Shown: one piece after another, positions 15,358-23,321 of the stretch
Layout of the letters: each line of letters begins with the position of its first letter
How positions within the stretch are numbered: position 1 is the first letter of the stretch
NCBI RefSeq assembly: GCF_047555085.1
Contig: NZ_CP180230.1
Coordinates: 660,001-692,000 of the forward strand
Reading direction: 5' to 3'
Source of the DNA: Candidatus Saccharimonadota bacterium
GTDB lineage: Archaea; Nanohalarchaeota; Nanosalinia; Nanosalinales; Nanosalinaceae
DNA: 32,000 nucleotides
Position numbers and translations under genes: made by a program
Notes under the pieces: model-generated
The model's input: the letters and a program-made list of their open reading frames with translations, nothing else
What the model was told of the DNA's origin: nothing
Databases searched by the model: none

Positions 15358-17388
15358 TTAACTTTCCTCCCTTATACAGCTTAAAATCCATTTTATCGCT
15401 ATTTCGCCATCTTTCCTCACGAACTCGCTAGGATCTCGTTCGTGGTTCACGGCGTTCCTGAAATCGCTGAAGTCTCCGAACCTGTTCTCTACCTCTGCCT
15501 TTGATGGGAAGTCCTCGTTGAACAGATCGTAGTTAGTGTTAATGATCTTGACGTAGTCCATTATGTTACAGTAGTCGAGCCTGTCTCTACCTGTTTCTAT
15601 CTCCAAGTTTGGATTCTTCTTCCTATCATCTCTTACTCTCCCTTTCACTCGTCCTTTAACGTCTTGAGGAGTTTTATCCCAGTAGTCTTCACCGTAGCTT
15701 TCTCTCATCTTTCTGTGAAGGTAGTCTCTAACACGTGTTTCTGTTTCGCTGATTACTTCCTGTGGCTCGGTATCAAGGTCTGACTCAAGATCAGATATGC
15801 TACCTATCAGCCTGTTAATTTCGTTAAGGAATAGTTCTGCTCTTTTCTCCAAAAACTTGTTGTAGTCGTCCTCCCAGATACCTGAGTCTTCCCCATAAGG
15901 CATCATATGAGAAGACATTCTGTCTTCAAACTGTTCTTCAGATAGTCTTTCTTTCAGGCCCCCGAAGTATTCGCTCGGTTTAGTATCCCTGATCTTGTTC
16001 CTGTTGAGATCCTTCGGAATGAAGGTAATATCCATAATGCTCTTTCTCTTGGAGGAACTGAATCCTTCACCTTTCAGGAAGGAATTGGGGAATATATGAT
16101 GATGGTCTATCTTGAAGTCGGAGAAGTAGTTTCCGTCAAGTGTAAGTGTTCCTCCTCCTTCAAAGTGTTTAGGATTTGTTTTGGCAAGGATACAGAGGAA
16201 GACGTTACGTAGACCTGAAGAAGATTTCTTGATGTTGGTGCTGATCAATTTCTCCTTGTTTACCTGTGGAGGGAAATCGATTTCTACGTCTTCTCCAGCT
16301 ATTATTCTGTCGAATAGCTTTCTGTCATCCGTCATAGTAGTCTGGGTTGAGCTTGAGTAGCGTCCAGAAACTGCTGTCTGCCAGAACCAGCGGTCGATGT
16401 AAGTCTTGTGTCCAGCCTCTATGCTGTGATTCTCTGTTTCAAACATATAGTAGGATAGAACAGGTATCATTCCTTCGTAAGGTATGAATGACGCTTGTTT
16501 GACACCCAAGTTATTCTGTAGATAGTTAACTGCTCTAATTATAGCGTCTTTGGTGTCTTTCCAGTTTTCTTTCACTTTTTCAGTTTCAAGATTTCTTTGG
16601 GTGCTGGTTGAACAGTTGCCTTCTATATTAAGTGCTAATGCTTGTGTAACGGCGCCTCTGTCTATTTCACCGAAGCCCTTATCATCCAGTTTCTCCATCA
16701 GGTCTTCGTCTATTCTTTCACGTAAATCGAAGTCTTCATCCCAGACGTTAGCGTTTACAATATCAAATCTGCCAAGTCTCGTTCCTTTCTGGTTGATTCT
16801 TTCAAATATATCAATAACTTCATCCAAGTCTCCTGAATCTACACTTATAGTTGAGATAGGGTAGTCTTTGAGACGGTCTCTACATTCGAGTAGAGCTTCC
16901 TGTCTTTCTCCTTCAAGTTCGTTTATTATTTCTATTCTTTTCTTGTCGTTCCAGATTTCGGATACTTTGACGAGGTGACTGGCTTTTCCGTCTGCCACTT
17001 TGAACTCTTCCTTGTCGAGGTCGAACACAATTCTGCTGTAGTCTGTACCTCCAAAGTCCTTTCCTTTTAGTACGGCGTATAGAGATGTTAGTCTTTGTTG
17101 TCCGTCAAGTACGAAGTTGATTTCTGGTACGGCCATACTGTCTATGTCGGGCTGGTCTAAGTCTTCTATTCTTCTAAAGAATCCCCATTTGTCTTTTGGG
17201 GCTTTCCAGAGGAAGAAACTGCCGATAGGGAAGTGATGGTATACGCTGTCAAGAAGATCAACCACTTCTGTTCTATCCCATACGTATTCTCTTTGGAACT
17301 GTGGAATCCTGTAGATGCCTTTTTCCATATTTTGGACTATGTCAGAAAGATCTCCTCGTCCGGGCTTGAGATTGACCTTCTTACTCAT
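15358..17388 (-). CDS. GmrSD-family type IV (modification-dependent) restriction enzyme: DUF262 + DUF1524 with C-terminal Swt1-like HEPN domain
   Basis: DUF262 motifs are IPQFQREYVW and DGQQRLTSL. The DUF1524 His-Me motif is KIDHHHIFPNSF. The C-terminal region has FRNAVNHERD (RNxxxH, Rx4H) in a helical segment. Confidence 0.85.
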   Translation of the reverse strand: MSKKVNLKPGRGDLSDIVQNMEKGIYRIPQFQREYVWDRTEVVDLLDSVYHHFPIGSFFLWKAPKDKWGFFRRIEDLDQPDIDSMAVPEINFVLDGQQRLTSLYAVLKGKDFGGTDYSRIVFDLDKEEFKVADGKASHLVKVSEIWNDKKRIEIINELEGERQEALLECRDRLKDYPISTISVDSGDLDEVIDIFERINQKGTRLGRFDIVNANVWDEDFDLRERIDEDLMEKLDDKGFGEIDRGAVTQALALNIEGNCSTSTQRNLETEKVKENWKDTKDAIIRAVNYLQNNLGVKQASFIPYEGMIPVLSYYMFETENHSIEAGHKTYIDRWFWQTAVSGRYSSSTQTTMTDDRKLFDRIIAGEDVEIDFPPQVNKEKLISTNIKKSSSGLRNVFLCILAKTNPKHFEGGGTLTLDGNYFSDFKIDHHHIFPNSFLKGEGFSSSKRKSIMDITFIPKDLNRNKIRDTKPSEYFGGLKERLSEEQFEDRMSSHMMPYGEDSGIWEDDYNKFLEKRAELFLNEINRLIGSISDLESDLDTEPQEVISETETRVRDYLHRKMRESYGEDYWDKTPQDVKGRVKGRVRDDRKKNPNLEIETGRDRLDYCNIMDYVKIINTNYDLFNEDFPSKAEVENRFGDFSDFRNAVNHERDPSEFVRKDGEIAIKWILSCIREES

Positions 17389-17548
17389 AATATCTGTTGT
17401 ATCAGCAACCGTTTAGTTTCTTTCTGAAGCTGTGGAACAAATTCTCTCTGATTTTTTGCTCTGAGGCCTAACTCTAATACGAGACCTCATCTGTGGAGAA
17501 GGGGCACAGTATGCCCATATGCGTGCGTGTAGGGGGAGGGCCTCCAAG

Positions 17549-17614
17549 ATGACTCCATATGATGTCATAAATCACCCGGTTATGACGTCATATGAATTCA
17601 TAAATAAAGGCCTA
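17549..17614 (+). repeat. Two tandem ~33-bp units in the GmrSD upstream intergenic region
   Basis: Unit 1 is ATGACTCCATATGATGTCATAAATCACCCGGTT (17549-17581). Unit 2 is ATGACGTCATATGAATTCATAAATAAAGGCCTA (17582-17614). Unit 2 begins with the 12-bp perfect palindrome TATGACGTCATA. CATATG occurs three times within ~80 bp. Confidence 0.6.
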
Positions 17615-17737
17615 GACGGAGAATATTGCTGAATCAAGGCCTGTACAGGTCAAAAATCGGGGAGAGTTTGCAGAGAATATTGCTTGATATAGCGAATAAA
17701 AAGAGGTTTTTCTACGGCTAAGATATAACTCAGGAGG

Positions 17738-18211
17738 TCACTGCGCATTATTTTTGTCGAACTCAGCCTTTACTTGGCCGTAGTAGCTTACGAATGCTAT
17801 TAAGTTAAGAATAGATGCAGATAGATATAGCAGTAAGAATGTGAAGAATCTATAGAGCCATATACTGCCATTAGCTACTGTAGCGAGCCCGACTAGGGTT
17901 GTAAAAATTGCGATATAGGCGTTCCATTCAAAAAGGAATATTAACTGGTCAAAAACCTGTGCTTTATCTTTTAAAAAAGATATAAAGCTTGAATTAGATA
18001 GTGAAACAATTATAGCTAGTCCTGTTAATACTATTGCAATAAGTGAAGAAGTAAAACCAATGCTAGCCTCCAAGAAGCCTAAAGAAGAAGGTATTACGGA
18101 GAAGAAATATAGAGTAGCAAATATTACAGCAGAAACTTTGAAATCGTTAGATGTGAGTAATCTAAGTCCGCCATACTTTTTCAGCCGCGACACAAAAGAC
18201 CTATCCTTCAT
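17738..18211 (-). CDS. Small integral membrane protein, ~4 transmembrane helices
   Basis: The hydrophobic segments are VSAVIFATLYFFSVIPSSLGF, SSLIAIVLTGLAIIVSL, AYIAIFTTLVGLATVA and FFTFLLLYLSASILNLIAFVSYY. I prefer the ATG at 18211 (MKDRSF...), which lies inside the last 11 nt of the upstream ORF (ATGAAGGATAG). The track start at 18232 is a GTG. Confidence 0.7.
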   Translation of the reverse strand: MKDRSFVSRLKKYGGLRLLTSNDFKVSAVIFATLYFFSVIPSSLGFLEASIGFTSSLIAIVLTGLAIIVSLSNSSFISFLKDKAQVFDQLIFLFEWNAYIAIFTTLVGLATVANGSIWLYRFFTFLLLYLSASILNLIAFVSYYGQVKAEFDKNNAQ

Positions 18212-19046
18212 TATTTTCCTCCATTCTTGCACTGATAAAATCCTTCAAGCTGGAAACCTTGTGCTTAAAATCTTCTAAAACTGCAGGCCTCACAATCTCC
18301 TTCCTGATAGGTTTATCGCCGGAAGTTAACGTCTTCCTCTCCCCATCCATAATATAGTCGATAGAGAACTCTCCATATCCTTCTGAAACTAATGCAATGG
18401 CACTGCCCAAAAGACTTCCATCAGTAAACTTTAACGATTCTTCTTCATTCTCAGCTTCCAGCTTCGCACTCTCAGCGTTCATCCCACGAAGCGCATTATC
18501 TATTTTCTTCGACTCTTCCGTAAAATCAGGATTTGTGGGTTCTAATTGCTTGAATCTTGCCTCAGGGATACTAGAGGCCTCAGATAATATTTCTTTGAAC
18601 TCTCCCTTCTGTTCAATAAAGTTAATCTCGAGAAGATCATCAGAATTATAGAAGTTATTGAAGCCTTCTACAAATACGGTTCTGAACTGCTTATGTCCTA
18701 TGTATTTTTTCCGTTCGTACATAATCAGTTTCTCTGAAGGTATTATTGCGAAGTACGAGAAATTGGTGTCCTCGCTATCTTCATACACGAAATCCTTTTC
18801 CTCCTCATCCCAAGTTGGCTCTTCATATTCCCCCGTTAAAATTCTCCCTAACTTCCCATAAATTACTCCATCTTCTACTTCAACTCCACCTATTTTCCAG
18901 TCGCCATCCTCTGTATCAGTATGTATTTCTGGCTCCTCGCAAAAGGTTTTAAGCTGGTCTAATATAGAGTTATCGCTCGTGAAAGAATCTAGCGGTTTAT
19001 GGAAATGAAACCTCCCAAAATAGATGTTTACAGTTTTATCTGTCAA
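18201..19046 (-). CDS. Acidic cytoplasmic hypothetical protein (no recognisable family)
   Basis: This 281-aa ORF is uninterrupted. The only available start is TTG at 19046, preceded by purine-rich GAGAGGGGA. No in-frame ATG occurs until about codon 107. I saw no TM segment, P-loop or nuclease motif. Confidence 0.65.
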   Translation of the reverse strand: MTDKTVNIYFGRFHFHKPLDSFTSDNSILDQLKTFCEEPEIHTDTEDGDWKIGGVEVEDGVIYGKLGRILTGEYEEPTWDEEEKDFVYEDSEDTNFSYFAIIPSEKLIMYERKKYIGHKQFRTVFVEGFNNFYNSDDLLEINFIEQKGEFKEILSEASSIPEARFKQLEPTNPDFTEESKKIDNALRGMNAESAKLEAENEEESLKFTDGSLLGSAIALVSEGYGEFSIDYIMDGERKTLTSGDKPIRKEIVRPAVLEDFKHKVSSLKDFISARMEENNEG

Positions 19047-19120
19047 ATAAAGTCCCCTCTCAGAAAATATTTGTAATTCCTGCCATTTTAAACTAGCCCT
19101 ATGTCCTACACAATAAAACT

Positions 19121-22117
19121 CTATGCTGCAGCGTCACCGTAGAACTGTTCTGCCTGTTTCACGATAGGTTCTACGAGCGGATCGTACTCCGAGGGTTTGA
19201 AACCTCTATTTCTGAGGACAGATTTTACCTGTGAACGCATCTCTGATTTCAAGCTTCTACGATTCGTCCAGTCAATATCAGCCTTATCCTTCAACTGCTT
19301 CTTCAGCTCCGTAGCAATCTCCTTCAATTCCTCATCACTGATCTCCTTGTCACCCTTTTCAGAGATTGCATCATAGAACGCTCGCTCCTCAGGCGTAAGA
19401 TCATCTTCCTCCTCCTTTTCAGCCTCCTCACGCAGTTCATTAGCATACTCCTCCAACTGTGTAATTACTTCCTTAGTTGTCAGAAAGTTCTGATGATACT
19501 TACTGAGCGTCTCATCCAACTTCTCTTCAAACGACTCATACTTCGCCATATTCCTTCCCTTCCTCTCCTCAATCTCATTTTCAACTATACGTTTCAGCAA
19601 CTTCATTCGAACATTCTCCGGCTGCTCCTCAGCCATCTCCTCCATAAAGTCTTGACTTAAAACAGCTCTACGATCATAATCCTGTTCAATACCTACAATA
19701 TCAACCATTTCCTCAACATCAATCTCCTCAGACACCATCTTCTCCATCGCTGTATCAGCTTCTTCCCTGTCCTCTATAGTATAATCATCATCTCCGAGAC
19801 TCTCCACCTTCTTGAGACTGTCCCGTACTGCCTCAAAGAACACCTTATCTTCTTGATACTTCAAGGCCTCTTCGTGAGGACTGATAAGCGTATAGGCCTT
19901 CTCAAAGGCCTTAACATCATCATAAAAGGCCTTTTCCTCTGTAACTTGTTCCAAGACTTCATTTTCCGCTTTCCTGATTAAGCGGGTGAGTTCTTTCCCC
20001 CTCTTGTCTTGCCAGCCTTCATAATCTGTTTTCTGGAAATAGGATGCTACTTGCTCGTGTGCTTTATCAAGCTCCACTACTGCTGTATCGATGTCTTGAA
20101 GTGTTCTCTCACGGACTTCGGACGTGAACTTGTCCATCGCTTGCCGCAGATTATCGCCGATGCCAATGTAATCGACTATCAGGCCTCCCGGCTTATCCTT
20201 ATAGACTCTGTTAACTCGTCCAATAGTCTGCATCAAGTTGTGATTCTTCATCGGACGGTCGATATACATAGTGTGTAGATGTGGCACGTTGAATCCTGTT
20301 GTCCATTTCTCACACACAATCGCTATCTTCAACGGGTCTTCAGGATCTTTAAACCGTTTCTTCAAGGTTCGTTCGCTTTCAGGATCGTCCATAAACTGTT
20401 CCGGATTAGTGATTACTACAGCTGTCTCTGGCGCACCTTCTATCTCATCAATATGCTGCTTGTATTTGTAGGCAGCCTTTCTGCTGATAGCTACAACCAT
20501 TCCCTTTCCCTCTAAGTCCCTGTTGTTGAAATGTTCTACTATATCTTCAGAGATCTTCTGGAAACGTTCATCATTATTCTCTATTATTTTTCGTAGTCTG
20601 CTCCACTTACCCGCCATCTTGTTCTGCAAGTCATCAGACTTACTTTCCATCAAATCATCAAACTGCTGCTTTATTTCTTCATCATTAATCTGAAGCTTAG
20701 CCATCCTCGACTCATAGTATATTGGAACCGTTGAACCGTCTGCTACAGATTGCGGGATTGTGTATTCGCTGATTACATCTCCGAATGCTGTGTATGTAGA
20801 GCGGTCTTCTTTTTCTATTGGTGTTGCCGTGAATCCAAGGAATGAAGCGTTTGGAAGTGCGTATTTCCGCATCTGTTCTGCTAGTGCTTTGTACTGTGTG
20901 CGGTGTGCCTCGTCTGCTATTACGATTACGTTTTCTCTGTCGTTTAGTTCTGGCATATGGTTCTCGTCTTCGTCTGTGTTGAACTTGTGGACGAGTGTGA
21001 AGATGAGGCCTCCTGCTCCAGTCTGCAATAGATCTCGGAGTTCGTCCTTGCTGTCCGCCTGACTGGTTCTGAAACCTGCTGTATCAAATGTTTCCTTTAT
21101 CTGATTGTCAAGTGCTGTTCTGTCCGTTACAACTACGATGGTCGGGTTTTCGAGTTCTTCAAGTCTACGTGCCTTATTTGCGTAGAACACCATCGAAAAG
21201 GATTTCCCTGATCCTTGTGTGTGCCAGACTGTTCCAATTCTTCTGTCTTCTTTCGGTATAGTGTCTCTGGTGGATTGTATGGCTCGTTCTACGGAGTAGT
21301 ATTGGTGGTATGCTGCGAGTATTTTCTTCATCTCGCCATCTTCTTCTGTGAATAGTATGTAGTTCTTGATCAGGTCTGTCATTCTTTCCTTGTCGAATGC
21401 ACCTCTGACTAGGACTTCTGCAGCACTCATTTCTGGATGTGTGTCTCCTTCGTCTTCGATGTAGTTCCAGTTGGAGAACCATTCCCACGGTGTGTCGAGT
21501 GTGCCGATTCTTGCTCCATCCATATCTGCGACGGCTACGAACTCGGTGTAGTGGAATAGTTTTGGTATGTCTCTCTGATACTTATTCATTACCTGCTTGT
21601 AGGCTGTTTTCAGATCTGCTGAATGGTTGGTTGGATCTTTGAGTTCTAGTATTCCTATTGGTAGTCCGTTGAGGAATAGAAGTATGTCTGGTCTTCTGGC
21701 TGTGTTTTCTCCTTGTTTTATTCGGAACTGGTTGACTGCGAGGAAGTCGTTGTCGTTTGCTTCTTCGGCTATTACTTGGACTCTGTCTCCTACTTTTTCT
21801 CCGTTTTGCTCGTACTCTACTTTGACTCCATTCACGAGTTTTTCGTGGAAGTCCTTGTTGTTCTTCATTACTTTTGGCGAGTTTGAGCCGAGAAGGGAGC
21901 TTACAGCGTCGTTTATCGCCTGTTCTGGAACATCGTTGAACTCTTTCAGTTTTCTTTTGAGGCGTTTCCGTAGAACTACCTGTGAGTAGGAGTCTCTTTC
22001 AGGATTTTCTCCATCGGGGCTGATTTCCTGCCCGTGCTTGTACTTATATCCCATCTCCTGAAGATACTCCAGAATTGGGTCTTCTGAAAGCCCGAACTCA
22101 TTCATCGCCATCAACAT
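19121..22117 (-). CDS. hsdR: Type I restriction enzyme R subunit (HsdR)
   Basis: The 998-aa ORF has SF2 helicase motifs TQGSGKSFSMV (Walker A) and VIADEAHRTQ (DEAH). Its N-terminal nuclease region includes PDILLFLNGLPIGILELK. The start overlaps the hsdS stop. Confidence 0.93.
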   Translation of the reverse strand: MLMAMNEFGLSEDPILEYLQEMGYKYKHGQEISPDGENPERDSYSQVVLRKRLKRKLKEFNDVPEQAINDAVSSLLGSNSPKVMKNNKDFHEKLVNGVKVEYEQNGEKVGDRVQVIAEEANDNDFLAVNQFRIKQGENTARRPDILLFLNGLPIGILELKDPTNHSADLKTAYKQVMNKYQRDIPKLFHYTEFVAVADMDGARIGTLDTPWEWFSNWNYIEDEGDTHPEMSAAEVLVRGAFDKERMTDLIKNYILFTEEDGEMKKILAAYHQYYSVERAIQSTRDTIPKEDRRIGTVWHTQGSGKSFSMVFYANKARRLEELENPTIVVVTDRTALDNQIKETFDTAGFRTSQADSKDELRDLLQTGAGGLIFTLVHKFNTDEDENHMPELNDRENVIVIADEAHRTQYKALAEQMRKYALPNASFLGFTATPIEKEDRSTYTAFGDVISEYTIPQSVADGSTVPIYYESRMAKLQINDEEIKQQFDDLMESKSDDLQNKMAGKWSRLRKIIENNDERFQKISEDIVEHFNNRDLEGKGMVVAISRKAAYKYKQHIDEIEGAPETAVVITNPEQFMDDPESERTLKKRFKDPEDPLKIAIVCEKWTTGFNVPHLHTMYIDRPMKNHNLMQTIGRVNRVYKDKPGGLIVDYIGIGDNLRQAMDKFTSEVRERTLQDIDTAVVELDKAHEQVASYFQKTDYEGWQDKRGKELTRLIRKAENEVLEQVTEEKAFYDDVKAFEKAYTLISPHEEALKYQEDKVFFEAVRDSLKKVESLGDDDYTIEDREEADTAMEKMVSEEIDVEEMVDIVGIEQDYDRRAVLSQDFMEEMAEEQPENVRMKLLKRIVENEIEERKGRNMAKYESFEEKLDETLSKYHQNFLTTKEVITQLEEYANELREEAEKEEEDDLTPEERAFYDAISEKGDKEISDEELKEIATELKKQLKDKADIDWTNRRSLKSEMRSQVKSVLRNRGFKPSEYDPLVEPIVKQAEQFYGDAAA

Positions 22118-23321
22118 TCACCCTGATTTCACCAGACATCAATTTCGGAAGCAAAGTATCTCTGAGCTCTTTTAATCTCTTATTCTCTGCTTTGATATTT
22201 TTTATTTGTTCTAAGAGAGGATTTAAAATCCTATTAAACTCCTTTCTTTGATTTTCAGATAAGACTTCAATTTCTATGTTTCCAAATTTCGATTTAGATA
22301 ATATCGGTTGTGCCGAACCTCCTGCGTATTGTTGGAAGGTATTACGCAGAGATTTCATCTTAAAGTAAGTATAGCCACATCCATAGCTTCCAGAGGGAAT
22401 TATGGTATTTATCTGCTGGTTCGTAACACACTCTTGAGAAGTAATTCCTGTCTTGCCTAAATCAGTTCCTATACAAGAAACCATCACCGCATCCTTAGGA
22501 ACTTTCTTTGATTCTACTTCTTTTCTGCCCTCGGGAGTTAATCCTTTCTCTGTTTCATACACTACTATTTTGTTATCAAAATCTGAAACAGTAATAAACG
22601 GAAATTCTCCTCCATAGAATTCATTCTCCTTTGTTGAAGGAGTATTGCCCGTAACTATCTCCCCCATCTCAGATATTTCTATTTTTTCTGTTTCCCTTTC
22701 TTCCTCCATCTTTTGCATCAAAGTAGTTCCAAAGTCCGAAACTACATCTTCAATTTGGTTATTCAATTCGAGTTTGGCATCGAGTGAGTCAAGTATGTCC
22801 ACAATCTTTCTTTGTTCGGGAAGAGAAGGCAGTTTAATCTTCTTTTTGTCAAAAATATCTAAAGGAACTCTTTGCCGTCCAGAAGTTCCAGTCATTCGCT
22901 TAATTGCAAACTGCCGTATTTCTGGTCTACGGGCTGTATAATATACGAACTTAGGAATTGTTTTCTCTGTATCTGAGAGGACTATAAATTCTGTAGAGCC
23001 TATAGCAGCTTCATCTTCGTCCAGAATATCCACGAATGCAGTCTTGCCGTTCTCAAGGCACGGCGTGATTCTTGCCATTAAGGTCTGTCCATTTCTGAAA
23101 CGTGGTCTTGAGTAGGAGTATTCCTTTCTCTCCCAGTTTTGTATCTTTCTCTTATTTCGTGCCACGTCAGACATCCCTACCGACTTATATTCCTCTCCTT
23201 TCTCCACTGAAGGGTAATCATTTATGTCAATAACATCTGAAAATATTGCTTCTTCCCACTCCGATGCTTGTCCCTCCGTTTCCTCGTTAAAACCTTCAAG
23301 TGCTTTTTGTTCAGAACTCAA
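22098..23321 (-). CDS. hsdS: Type I restriction-modification specificity subunit (HsdS), two target-recognition domains
   Basis: The 407-aa ORF has conserved spacer helices (LPSLPEQRKIVDILDSLDAKLELNNQ and NKRLKELRDTLLPKLMSGEI). It sits between hsdM and hsdR, and its start overlaps the hsdM stop. Confidence 0.88.
   Translation of the reverse strand: MSSEQKALEGFNEETEGQASEWEEAIFSDVIDINDYPSVEKGEEYKSVGMSDVARNKRKIQNWERKEYSYSRPRFRNGQTLMARITPCLENGKTAFVDILDEDEAAIGSTEFIVLSDTEKTIPKFVYYTARRPEIRQFAIKRMTGTSGRQRVPLDIFDKKKIKLPSLPEQRKIVDILDSLDAKLELNNQIEDVVSDFGTTLMQKMEEERETEKIEISEMGEIVTGNTPSTKENEFYGGEFPFITVSDFDNKIVVYETEKGLTPEGRKEVESKKVPKDAVMVSCIGTDLGKTGITSQECVTNQQINTIIPSGSYGCGYTYFKMKSLRNTFQQYAGGSAQPILSKSKFGNIEIEVLSENQRKEFNRILNPLLEQIKNIKAENKRLKELRDTLLPKLMSGEIRVNVDGDE

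Noticed and set aside
21174-21488. 104-aa Arg-rich minus-strand ORF inside hsdR
   Set aside because: It is an off-frame ORF within hsdR with extreme R/H/C content.
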